This document shows positions 52,676-63,824 of a stretch of DNA of 64,000 nt, in pieces. The stretch lies in assembly GCA_964106645.2 (NCBI GenBank), contig OZ067050.1. The stretch is one strand, 5' to 3'. The translations under genes and the position numbers were made by a program. The DNA comes from Podarcis pityusensis. Its lineage: Eukaryota. The notes beneath the pieces were generated by a model. The model was not told the origin of the DNA. It ran no database searches and worked only from the letters and a program-made list of their open reading frames with translations. Each line of letters opens with the position of its first letter. Position 1 is the first letter of the stretch.

Positions 52676-54188
52676 ATTTTATTCCTCATTGACAAAAAAT
52701 CATGTATTTTTTATTCTTCATCATTTAATTTGAATTGATATAATCCAATTGTGGTTTAATTAAATCCAGTTATACAACTTCTAACACCTCATTTCTATCA
52801 TTCAAATATCAACTCTTATTATTTCTGTTCTTGTTAAACTTGCCCTGCTGTTCCAATCATTTTTTGGGGGTGGGGCATATTCATTCATAGAATAAGCTTA
52901 TATCTTATTTTATGTATTAATAATTTACTGTGCTGTAATTTACTTTGCCACTCTTTTAAAGAAGGGTGCTCCCCCATCTCTCCTTTCAAATACAGTTTTT
53001 AACCACCAGTACCTGAGCAGAGACTGACATACTCACAATCATATTTCTACTCTTAATGAAATTTATTTCAGCCTCAGTGTTACATTACCCAGCAGACAAT
53101 CTTGGTGGCACATTCCATGACACTGCGCATGAAATACATATCAAAATATAATACTATATAAAGCCTCATTTTACAACCCCTTAAAAAGTGGTTTGAAAGG
53201 GGTTTATCAAAGCACAACAGTTTCTTATTTATATGTATTTATTGTGTATTTATTTCTTCCCCACCCAAAATTAGCTGAAGAATTACATTAAAAAGGATAA
53301 AACACTAACAATAGAGAATAGAAACAGGAAAACTACAGTAGGGGTCAACTGCTTGGTAATATGATGTAATTATTAGAGAGGAGCACAGAATGCCTGATAA
53401 CATGTTATCAGGTAAACCTAGCATCATAGGTGATCCTATGCTTGAACTGAATGTCTTCAAAATCAGAATTGCACATCAGAAGGTCAAATTGGCCTATTAC
53501 TGGTTGCCAAAAGTGGCCACCATGTTTCCTTTGAACTAATAAGCTCCAGATATTTTCCTGCACAGTCACTGATGATGCGGTTAATGCTCCCTCTCACCAA
53601 AGAGTCACACTTTATTCCACCAACGTTCTAATGTTAGAAGAGAATGAGAGGACCAATTATGGGAGATTTCTAACATAGCAGCTGGCAATAGAACAAGAAC
53701 GGATTTGTAAAAATGTTACATGGGGAAAAAAATACAAGGCGTTACACTTACTTCTGTAAAACAAGAAAATCCTTAATAAAATATTTTTAAAAAAGAAAAA
53801 AAGAATGAGCTCTTTGTAAATCAATGGCTTCATTTCCATTAGAGAAATCAACAGCAGTGCCAATGTTAGTTCTGGAGGGATAATCTGTAGTACAATTGCT
53901 GAGAATTTTTGGAAAATGGGAGTCCAAACTGCTGCCATTATTGGGCAAGACCCCCACATGTGAATAATATATGCCCAGCCTGCAACATACCATCCAGAAC
54001 TTAATAAACAGCTTTCAGTTTATCTTTCCAAACTTGACCAATGAATAATATCATTGGAGCACTACTTTGTACATATATTCTTTGACTCTAGCTGAAACCT
54101 TTTGGAGCAGGCGCATGTACCAGGGGTTTTTCATGCTCCTGATTTTATGCAACCGATTTAGGTTCAGAGGAAACAGATGAAATCAAAT

Positions 54189-54402
54189 ATTTACCTTCAT
54201 ATGTTTTTGCATTTGCTTGTTTGTTCCTATTATTCATTTGTTCATTTATTTCCCCTTCTTATAATGTAGAGCCAATATCCTCTTATCAACCTGATTTCTG
54301 ATAATAACCAGTTTGATATCATCGAAGGCATACTATCCAGACAAAGCTAGTAACCAGCGCTAAATATTTTTTTAAGTGACGAGATGGTGCCACTGGGAGA
54401 AA
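54189..54402 (-). promoter_or_regulatory. First exon and proximal promoter of OR at 51645
   Basis: ATGAAG|GTAAA donor at 54195/54194; CTCCCAGTGGCAC site; homologous to 46089-46300. Confidence 0.65.
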
Positions 54403-55002
54403 GACATTTGAGGTATCATCCGGGAGATGATGATTAATTCTGTTGCCAAAATAATTGCACATGTACATTTGCATCATTTCCATGTTTAGCACACTTGTCA
54501 AATTCACTTCCTATCATTCAACTTTTAGAAACCTGAGGCAAAATTCACATTCCCACTGAATTTAAATTAATATGAGTGTGTCCTTGGGTGAATCATGCCA
54601 CTACTATTTCTACAAATAAAGTTATTGTTTTTGTGAGATGATGCAACCCTAATATAATTGGGTTTTTCTATGAACACTACCAAAAAGTCTTTGCCTGGAA
54701 ATATTATAAGGTAAAGGTGACATAATATATATACACATGTAATATATGAATGAAATAAACAACTATATTTAAAATATGTGCATGTCAAGGAAAGTATTTT
54801 GGTGAATTAATTTGTATGCTGTTTTGCAGTTGCAGCATTATATTTTGTGCATATTATTTTGTGTACCCCTAAACATTCTTATTTTCAAGATAAACGAATA
54901 TAAGAACCAGGAGCAGGGAAGAGCAATTGCAGTCATCTAGCTAGTATTGTAAACACCTGAAACACTGCAGCTCTTCGGTTGAAGGAAAACAAAATTCATT
55001 TG

Positions 55003-55737
55003 TGTTAGGAGTCCAGGTTTCCAGCTTGCTAACACAATAAGTGTAGATAATTTAAAAAGGAGACTTTATTGCAAAACAAACAGCTCCAGATGGCTCTAAC
55101 AAAGCCTCCAGAATCATTACTCAAGATGACTCTTCTGAAGACTCCTTCCAGTGTCTACAGAATATATTGAACTTTCGCACCTTACATCTCTTGTTTTCCT
55201 TCCTGTCTAGCAGCCCTCCCATTCACTGACTGTGTGGACTTATTGGATCAGCTCCAACCTCTTCCTTTTCAGGGAGGCTGTCTCTGAGTTTGTTTGCGCT
55301 GTTTTGTGCTTCCTGTGAGCTTTGGCCTGCGTTCTAGCCTGCTCTAAGCTACAGTGGTACCTTAGGTTACAGACACTTCAGGTTACAGACGCTTCAGGTT
55401 ACAGACTCAGCTAACCCAGAAATAGTACCTCGGGTTAAGAACTTTGCTTCAGGATGAGAACACAAATTGTGTGGCGGCAGCAGGAGGTCCCATAAGCTAA
55501 AGTGGTACCTCAGGTTAAGAACAGTTTCAGGTTAAGAACGGACCTCCAGAACGAATTAAGTTCTTAACCCGAGGTACCACTGCACTGCCTTATCAGCCAG
55601 CCTGTCACGGTCAGGAAGAGCTGAAGTCTGCAACTCCCTGGCTCTCCCCTGCCTGACTAACATCTTAGTCTCTCTGTTCCTGGCTGCTTTCTGCTGTTGG
55701 CTGCAAACATTCACTCGGAGCTAGCTCATTCCTGACA
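55003..55737 (-). mobile_element. Solo LTR with nested MITE
   Basis: TGTTAGGA...TCCTGACA termini, 5-bp TSD ATTTG (54998-55002 / 55738-55742), AATAAA on minus strand near 55065. Confidence 0.8.
55352..55582. mobile_element. Tigger/pogo-like MITE nested in solo LTR
   Basis: TIR CAGTGGTACCTTAGGTTA / TAACCCGAGGTACCACTG. Confidence 0.9.
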
Positions 55738-55888
55738 ATTTGTTGTTAAAACTGGAACAGCCCATGTTTTGCCCTTCAGTTGTTTTTGGAGTATAGCTCC
55801 CTCCAATATTCTGTTACCATTGGCTATCATAACTGGGAATTGGACTCCAACAAAACCTGGAGGGCATGACACTGACTTCTGTGTTAAA

Positions 55889-56232
55889 AGGTAAAGGTAA
55901 AAGGTAAAGGACCCCTGGAGGGTTAAATCCAGTCAAAGGCGACGATGGGGTTGTGGTGCTCATCTCGCTTCCATGCCGAGGGAGCCAGTGTTTGTCCACA
56001 GACAGCTTTCTGGGGCATGTGGCCAGCAGGGTGCACGGAAACACCGTTTACCTTCCTGCCACAGCAGTACCTGTTTATCTACTTGCACTGGCGTGCTTTC
56101 GAACTGCTACATTGGCAGGAGCTGGGTCAGAGCAACAGGAGCTTACTTCATTGCAGGGATTCGAACCACCAACCTTCTGGTCAGCAAGCCCAAGAGGCTC
56201 AGTAGTTTATACCACAGAGCCACCCGCATCCT
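55889..56232 (-). mobile_element. Sauria-type SINE
   Basis: (AAAGGT)n tail at left end, head matching 3664 copy at right end; 40-bp flanking direct repeat. Confidence 0.9.
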
Positions 56233-56522
56233 AACAAAACCTGGAGGGCATGACACTGATTTCTGTGTTAAACCAATAGTTGAAAGAGCAAGTTAAACCT
56301 TGTTGTTGTTGTTAATTCTTTTCTGTCCCCACAGCTCCTGCCCTTGCCACACACCCATGTCTAATCTGAAAGGATTAATCTGTAGTTTTGGGTTTCCCAT
56401 TTTTCCAATCCTAAAATCAGCTCTACACATTTGTCTTGAAAAAAGTCCTTATGTAAAATTGTCAACCTTTTACTGTGGATTACTCCTACTATACATATCT
56501 GAAAGCATGTCTTTCCTATTAC

Positions 56523-56743
56523 AATAAAAAAAATCCTTCCAGTAGCACCTTTAAGACCAACTAAGTTAGTTCTTGGTATGAGCTTTCGTGTGCAAGCACA
56601 CTTCTTCAGATACACATCTGAAGAAGTGTGCTTGCACACGAAAGCTCATACCAAGAACTAACTTAGTTGGTCTTAAAGGTGCTACTGGAAGGATTTTTTT
56701 TATTTTGACTATGGCAGACCAACACGGCTACCTATCTGTAACT
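56523..56743. mobile_element. Penelope-like inverted pseudo-LTR insertion (perfect palindrome)
   Basis: 89-bp arms 56523-56611 / 56616-56704, loop ACAC; TSD CTTTCCTATTACA (56511-56523 / 56742-56754); same family as 1511-1813. Confidence 0.88.
56576..56613 (-). ncRNA. Minimal type I hammerhead ribozyme
   Basis: Identical to the motif at 1602-1639; a second copy on the plus strand (56616-56651) has stem I truncated by the inversion junction. Confidence 0.8.
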
Positions 56744-57480
56744 TTCCTATTACACACACTCTCTCTCTTTTGCAAAGAACTTTCTCTAATATAATACATT
56801 TTGTATACTATGTTCAGAAATATATGTATTTAATGCACTCTATCTAGTATATGCATATTTCTCCATATTATGGTTGTGTTTTGGGTTGCATGTTGTTTAG
56901 AAAAGTTCGCATTAGGTAGATTCAGCTTTACATGCAAACTGAATAGAATTCCCCCTTTCATCCCTAGTCCATACTCTATTTCAGCAGTTTGGGATAAACC
57001 ATTACTCCTTTGGTTTTTGTTCCACTTCAATTCAGTTCGAATATCATTTCAGTTCAGTTCAGTTCAATTGTCACATTTAACAAGGTCACTGTCAGGTTAA
57101 GGAACAATATGTTTAAGTTAAGTATATTCATGCTGGGTTCAGTGGCTAAATATAATTCAAAATTAACTTTCAACTGGCTGCTGATACGTCCATTTTTAAG
57201 AATAATATTTTTATTGAATTACAGAAAATTACAGTGGTTCTTGTCTTTACTCCTAAATCCATACACAATTGTGCATTGCATCATCATTGTTATTTTTTAA
57301 AAATTACAACTATGTGTGTCTTTAAAAGGCTTACAACTCACAAACTCACAAAGTGCTCCTAATATTCATTGCTAACTAGACAATTTGAAGAGATCCAGCA
57401 ACATCATCTGTATATATTGAACTTTAGATAATATAATGCACTGTTCCAAGTTACAAAAACAGGCAGAATATTAGGAATTA

Positions 57481-57725
57481 TAGTGGCACTTTGGTTTGCA
57501 ACCACTTCAGATTACAACCCTTTTGGATTACAACCACGTCAAACCTGGAAGTGTGTGTCCCTTTTTGGGGATTACAACCCATTTTTTTTTGGATTACAAC
57601 CAATTTTTTTTTTTTGGGGGGGGGGGGAAGAACCCATTGGTGAAAGCATGCCTTGGGTTACAACCTGTTTTAGTTTACAACCAGACCTCCAGAACGGATT
57701 ATGGTTGTAAACCAAGGTACCACTG
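57481..57725. mobile_element. Degenerate Tigger/pogo-like MITE
   Basis: TAGTGGCACTTTGGTTTGCAACC / GGTTGTAAACCAAGGTACCACTG, TA flanks, internal GGATTACAACC repeats. Confidence 0.8.
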
Positions 57726-58222
57726 TAGACTATTTCAAACATTCCATGGGACACCATTTCACAATGCGTGTATTGGAATTGTGTCTGCAATAACTACTGA
57801 AGACCTCCATGCTTGAGTTCTGCAGTTCTAAATAAGGCTAAGGCACATGAAAGGCTTATGTATGTGCAAAAGGCATGTTCCCCAATTGTGTGCACTGATG
57901 TACATGTATACTCTCTCTCAGAAACCCCCTGTATCTTTTTTTTTTTTTAAAGAAGCTGTTTATACACTGGGATACTGCCATTCTATACTTGTATTTTCAG
58001 CAGTAATACCAATGAGTTCAGGGGAGCTTATACTTAGGTTGTTTCCTAAAATAGATTGCTTCCTAAAATATGCTTATTATTTAAGCACCATGTTTGATTC
58101 TCAAGTACAAAATATGTCATCTGAAACATCTTACGTCAGCTAAACATAAACAATATCCTGTTGTCAACCTTTTCTTTCAGTTCACATATTTTTAAGTATG
58201 CTGCTCTAAAAGGATATGGAGT

Positions 58223-59167
58223 TCATTCTTGGAGTATTGGAAGCAGCCTGCTTCTTCCACGAAATGTCTTGAGTGCTTCTTTAAAATCTTTGTTTCTTAG
58301 TGAATATATAAGGGGATTAACAACAGGGGGTACCACTGTATAAAGGAGAGAAACAAATTTGTCTTTCTCGGGGGAGTAGTCAGAGGATGGCCGGATATAT
58401 GTGTATATGATTGAGAAGAAGTAAAAACTGACTACAATGAGATGTGAGGAACATGTAGAGAAAGCCTTCTTTTTCCCTTCAGTGGAACGAATCCTAAAGA
58501 TAGCTCTCATGATAAACAAATAGGATATTAAGGTTAACCCACAACTTCCAATCCCAAATATCACATCTGCCACCAAAGCCATAGTCTCGTTCAGGCTGGT
58601 GTCAGAGCTTGCGAGCTCTAAAAGTGGAGGAAGATCACAGAAGAAGTGGTTGATGATGTTGGAGTTGCAGAAGGACAGTTGCAGCACAAGTACAGTGTGA
58701 ATGGCAGAATTGCCCATTCCAGCAACCCATACTCCACTTGCTATGCCAAAACACACTTCCTTCCTCATAATGACTGTGTACTGCAAAGGATTGCAGATAG
58801 CAACGTAGCGGTCAAAAGCCATAAATGAGAGAAGAAAAATCTCTGTTCCTAAAGCCCATATGAATAGATACACCTGTGTGATGCAGCCATAAAAGGAAAT
58901 GGTCTTTGTGTGAGTCCAAAGAGTCTGGAGCAATTTAGGAGTTGTAACTGAGATGGAAAACACATTCACTAAGGACAGGTTGATGAGTAGGAAGTACATG
59001 GGTGTGTGGAGTTTTCTGCAACTGCATATGGTGAAGATGAGCAGGAAGTTTCCAGCCAAAGCAGTAGCATAGATAAATGTAAATACCCAAAAGAGAAGAG
59101 TCTGTAGTTCTAAGGAGCTGCTTAGGCTGACCAGTGTAAACTCCATAGCAGTAGACTGGTTTTTCAT
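58223..59167 (-). CDS. OR13G1-like: Olfactory receptor, class II (OR13G1-like), 314 aa (main coding exon)
   Basis: NQS site, LHTPMYFLL, MAFDRY, NHFFCD, KAFSTCSSHL, NPLIYSLRN; LELASSD replaces the usual LxLSCxD. Confidence 0.93.
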   Translation of the reverse strand: MKNQSTAMEFTLVSLSSSLELQTLLFWVFTFIYATALAGNFLLIFTICSCRKLHTPMYFLLINLSLVNVFSISVTTPKLLQTLWTHTKTISFYGCITQVYLFIWALGTEIFLLSFMAFDRYVAICNPLQYTVIMRKEVCFGIASGVWVAGMGNSAIHTVLVLQLSFCNSNIINHFFCDLPPLLELASSDTSLNETMALVADVIFGIGSCGLTLISYLFIMRAIFRIRSTEGKKKAFSTCSSHLIVVSFYFFSIIYTYIRPSSDYSPEKDKFVSLLYTVVPPVVNPLIYSLRNKDFKEALKTFRGRSRLLPILQE

Positions 59168-60042
59168 GTCAATATCTCTGATGCTGATGACCTAGACAGG
59201 AAAATTGTGTTAACTTGGTTATCCAGATAGAAACTTAGTTTTTCCATTCACTTTCTCCCTCTCTCACTCACACTAGAGATTTGGCAATTTCTTTCTTCAG
59301 CTGGCAAATATTTGTAAAGCAATTGTTCTTTCATTTGAGATCACAAAAAAAAAATCATAACTTCTTTTGAGTCTCATGGCTAACAATATACTTTCATTCA
59401 TTATTAAATTGGCTGTCTTTTCATTAAAGAGCAGCATCTACTATGGCCTAAATAACTTGTTAGTTGATCTTTATAACCTAAATTGTATTAATATTAGCCA
59501 TAGCATCTTATGGACTGCCAAGCCTTGAAATAAATAAATAATAAATAAATAAGGCCTAAATAACCCAATTTCATCTTTATATTCATCCTCGGTAAATATC
59601 AACATTAGTAAGAATAGGCTGCCTAAATCTTTCCACCAGTTTTTGAAAGTTTTCCATAATTCAAATTCTTCTCTAAGAGTTGGTTAATCAGAAAATAGTT
59701 ATATTCAAATCTTCTGTGTCCTTTTAAAAACACGTACATGCAGTCATCATAACTCAGCCAGAAATATCCACTTTTAAAATATTCCCATACATATCCAACT
59801 GGGCTGTTTCAAAGCCCTTAAATATAGATATATGTGAGTCTCTGAAAATGAGATGACATTTTTTGTGCAAGAAGTTAGAGTTCAGAGATTTAAGTGATTG
59901 TGTGAAAATGCTATGTGAAATACTATGTCAAGCCACATATTACAAACCCTTTAAATGGGGTTGGGCAAAACACAAGTCATTTATTATTCTTTAATAATTA
60001 ACCAATTTACATTATGAAGAAACTCTTAAGTAACATGAAAGA

Positions 60043-60228
60043 TTTACCTTCATCCCTATTTGCTCTTTTGTATCGTTGCTGGTATTTTATAACTTGGAGC
60101 CAATTGCCTTCTATAAGTTGGATGTCTGATGAAAACTGGTTTGATCTCATTGTAGACAGGCTTTCGAGGAAAGCTATCAGCTACCTTTAAATCTTACTTT
60201 AATTGAAGTGATGGTGCCACTGGGAGAA
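60043..60228 (-). promoter_or_regulatory. First exon and proximal promoter of OR at 59167
   Basis: ATGAAG|GTAAA donor at 60048/60047; CTCCCAGTGGCAC site; homologous to 46089-46300. Confidence 0.65.
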
Positions 60229-61230
60229 GGAACTCTGAGGCACCTGGAAGATGATGAGGATTTGTTCTATTCATTCTACTGATGTCAACATTTAGCCCAT
60301 TTTTCAAATACACTTATAATTCAAATTTCAATGTTGACAATGCTTCATTTCCAAAAAAAGGCAGTTTTCATTTCCAAAAGGAGTCAGTTTTCACTTCAAA
60401 CTGCACAACAGTAATATTTGCAATAATATATTGTCACTTCTTTTAATCTTTGCCATAATCTTTGATCCCTATATATAAGATTAATTATAGGAGGAATTAA
60501 GTGTCATCTAAATATTACTTTGTAGGTGTTTTGCTTCAAGATATGCTTTCAAACCCACAAAGTATCTAGTGGGATCTCTTGTCCCATATCTATCCCCCAT
60601 TTGAATTGATAGGTGTTCATTAACACATTTAAACCCCAGTGCATTCCAAGGTACTATAGAGTATTCAGGGCGGGGGGAGGCAAAAGGAACATGATGTAAC
60701 TAACAGAGCAATAATAATACTCTGAGGAAGGGGAAATGAAATTTAGTCAAACCATCACATCTAAAGCGCAGGCTCACTTAGTCCTTGTTTGGGAGAGTTA
60801 TATATCTCTGGGATGGAAATAAGCTACACCAGCTCTAGGACTGTCATAGTTTCAATGACAGATCAGAAGAATGGAAAACTTTTGGACTCTGTGTATCGAC
60901 AGCCTCTCCCAGCACACCTCTTTTTTACACTCTCTGACACCAAAGTTCTGACGTAGAGAAGCAACAGACGTGATTGGTTTTCTCTCCACCGGCAGAGAGA
61001 GAAATCTAGAAATTTATATTGTCCTTCAAAGATCTTATCAACGGTCATAGCATTAATTTATAAATTGACTTATTACAGGTTTATTTTTAAAATACCTAGG
61101 CAAAGGCAGGTTCATCTAGCCCCCATTTTGATGAATGAATGGAGGAAGGGAGGAAGGAAATTATACCATTGTTGCTCTTATTCTTGTTTTTACTACAATG
61201 ATTTTTATAGAATACAGGCTGTCTGGCTTA

Positions 61231-61845
61231 TGCCTTGGCTGGTCCGATATGCTTGAGAGACGACAGTGGTGCAACCCAGTCCCAGTGGGAATCAATTGTG
61301 CTTGGAAAAGGGCTAGCTGCACAATTAGGTGCTGCATATTGCAACCTAGTGGCTGGGTGATCTAGCACCCCAGTATTACATTCTCAGAAGAGACATTTTC
61401 TACACAGGAAATGATATTTGGTTGGCAGACATTGAAGGAAGTATCAGGGTTTGAATGCAGATGTGAGTGGTTTGGCAGTGACTGTTTTGCTCGATTGGCG
61501 GTTGGGGCATTGGGACAATTCTTTGTCTTGGATGGAGGGAAGGTTGTAGTCTCCACCTGCCCCTCCAAATGCTGGGGTATCCTGATAAAGAGATCTGAGG
61601 GGAGTGGTCATGTCTGTGTGCCCAGGTGGGCCAAGGCTGATGGTACTCCCCCAGACAGCAGTCCCTGTGGAAGTCCACTTATTTCATGTAAGTTTTAGGA
61701 ATCCACGCCTGGGTTGACCTACGCATCATTTCCAGTGGGTGGGCCAGAAGTACTCAATAAAGTTGTGGCCTGTTTCAATCCAAACCAGACTTAGTCGTCT
61801 TTTATTTATCTGGGGGTTGGGGAGCATGATGCCTGGACTTGCAAC
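61231..61845 (+). mobile_element. Diverged AATAAAGTTGTGGCC-family element
   Basis: Family motif at 61756, TTTATTT then G-run, ends TTGCAAC; 30-bp flanking direct repeat 61201-61230 / 61861-61890. Confidence 0.6.
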
Positions 61846-63824
61846 TACTTTGGTGGTATTATTTTTATAGAAAACAGACTGTCTGGCTTATTAACTACTA
61901 GGGGGAGTTCCTGGTGCTGGAAATTAAAAGGCAGCCCTGTTGAGGGAAGTTTTTAATATTTAACGCTGTACTGTTTTGAACACTTGATTAGGAGCCGCCC
62001 AGAGTGGCTGGGGAAACTCAGCCAGATGGGCGGGGTATAAATAATAAATTATTATTAAATTATTATTATTAAAAGAAATTTGTGAGTTTGGGGGCTGTAT
62101 GTGTATCATATGAACCAACTCCTAGGGGCCAAGCTCGCTTCAACCCCCCAATGAAATATTTGAGGGGCTGGCTGGGTCCCCCAAACTTGATGGACATTGC
62201 CATCCAAATGGTGTGTGTGTGCTGTGTCTTGTGATCAATTATGCAGGATAGGGCTTTCCTCCCCCCCCCCCCATTTTATTCAAGTTAGTACCCCTGACAT
62301 GTATATATCAAATCTGGTGAAGTTTTACCAAATGGGGAACAATATCTTCAGTGGCATCAAAATTGACTTGTTTTGGACATTGCATGCCCCAAAACATGTG
62401 AAGTCATACCCAAGTCATGCTTTCTACCACAGGAGCGCCATCTCCTAAGGACCAAGCCCCCCCCCCCCATGTTTAAAGGTGGCAGAAGATGAAAATCATG
62501 GAGCTAAGTGTGGCACAGCTGGCTCCTTCTCCTCCTGCTGCTGCTAGAGAGGAAGAAGCAGGAAATCAGCCCCCTGCTGGTGGCGGTGGCAGCAGCAGGA
62601 GGAGTTGTCATGGCCACTGAAGCTGTACTGCCAATACACTGCCACTGTGTTTGGCTCCGTCCTGGCTACTCCCAACATCCTGATATCACACACTCTGTGA
62701 CATCAGCCCCCATTCTCCCTTGGAAGTTGGTGCCTTTGGTCCACCATCTTGATTCTAAATGGCACCAGGCATCCAAATATTGATGAAGGCCACAGGCCCC
62801 ACCTCAGGAACTCTCATGCTGAGTTTGATGATAATATATTAAAAGATATTATCTAACCTATTGAGAAAAAGAAAACCATTTTTCAAAGTTTGTAGTACAT
62901 AATGATAAGAAAATAAAACGTGCCACAAAAACTTTTCTAATGTTACATTGGCCATGTAGAACAGGTCAGACATCGCCATCAGAGACTTGTTATGGTGATA
63001 TGGGGTGGGGTGGGGAGAGAATGTGAGCAAAGTATTGGGAGTAGGTCAATCCCAGGCTGCATTCATTTCATTTGCTCTGATTGGGAAACACCAGGGATGA
63101 AATGATGCAATGTTCTGATGAATCTTCAGAGGGGTTGTTAGCCTTATTGCAATAAAATATAATTTAACAAGGAACTTTTATGGTAAATCGAAGAGAAAGG
63201 GGGGATTTGTGTGATGTCATTTCATAAACAAACTAAAATTTTAATTGTTCCTTTAGGGTCCAATATGGAGTTGCTTTGGGAATTTTTCTCCCTGTAGTCA
63301 CCTATATATTGGCATGTTCTCGCCCATTGAGCGCATTGTAACATTATCTGTGTTCTATGGTAACAGAGCTAACCTAAGTAGTAAGAGAACAGAAGCATGG
63401 AAAAGCAGTACTTTGATGACATGTAAATATACTATCTTTTGGTCTTTTCATAAGAAGCAATCGTTTGTCTTAGTCCTTGCAGGACCTCACTAAAATATAT
63501 TGTGAGTTATAGAAATTTTACTATTTGGTGATATATCACAATAATGTTTATGATAGCTGTTGTGCTTTCTAGCCATTCCATGCTGCTAGAACTCTTAATA
63601 ATAAATGTGAGCTTAAAAAACAGAAGGGCCAAAATGCTTAAATTTTAATATCGATGTCCCAATATAACAGTTAGCTTTAAAGGAAGTGAAATAAATGTTG
63701 TTAGAAAAGGAGGAGGAAAGCAACTGTCTATTGATATAAAACATTACTTTAACTACACTTGTTTATCATAGTTGTTGATTCGTGTTATAGAGAAGCTATC
63801 ATGGACATTCTTTTGCATCAACAG

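Noticed and set aside
56361-56794. Twin opposite-strand ORFs beginning MCKHTSSD
   Set aside because: Artefact of the palindrome
2138-58828. Antisense ORFs over OR genes (for example 2651-3034, 36474-36788, 44171-44434, 50915-51178)
   Set aside because: Shadows of OR codon usage; similarity among them follows from OR paralogy
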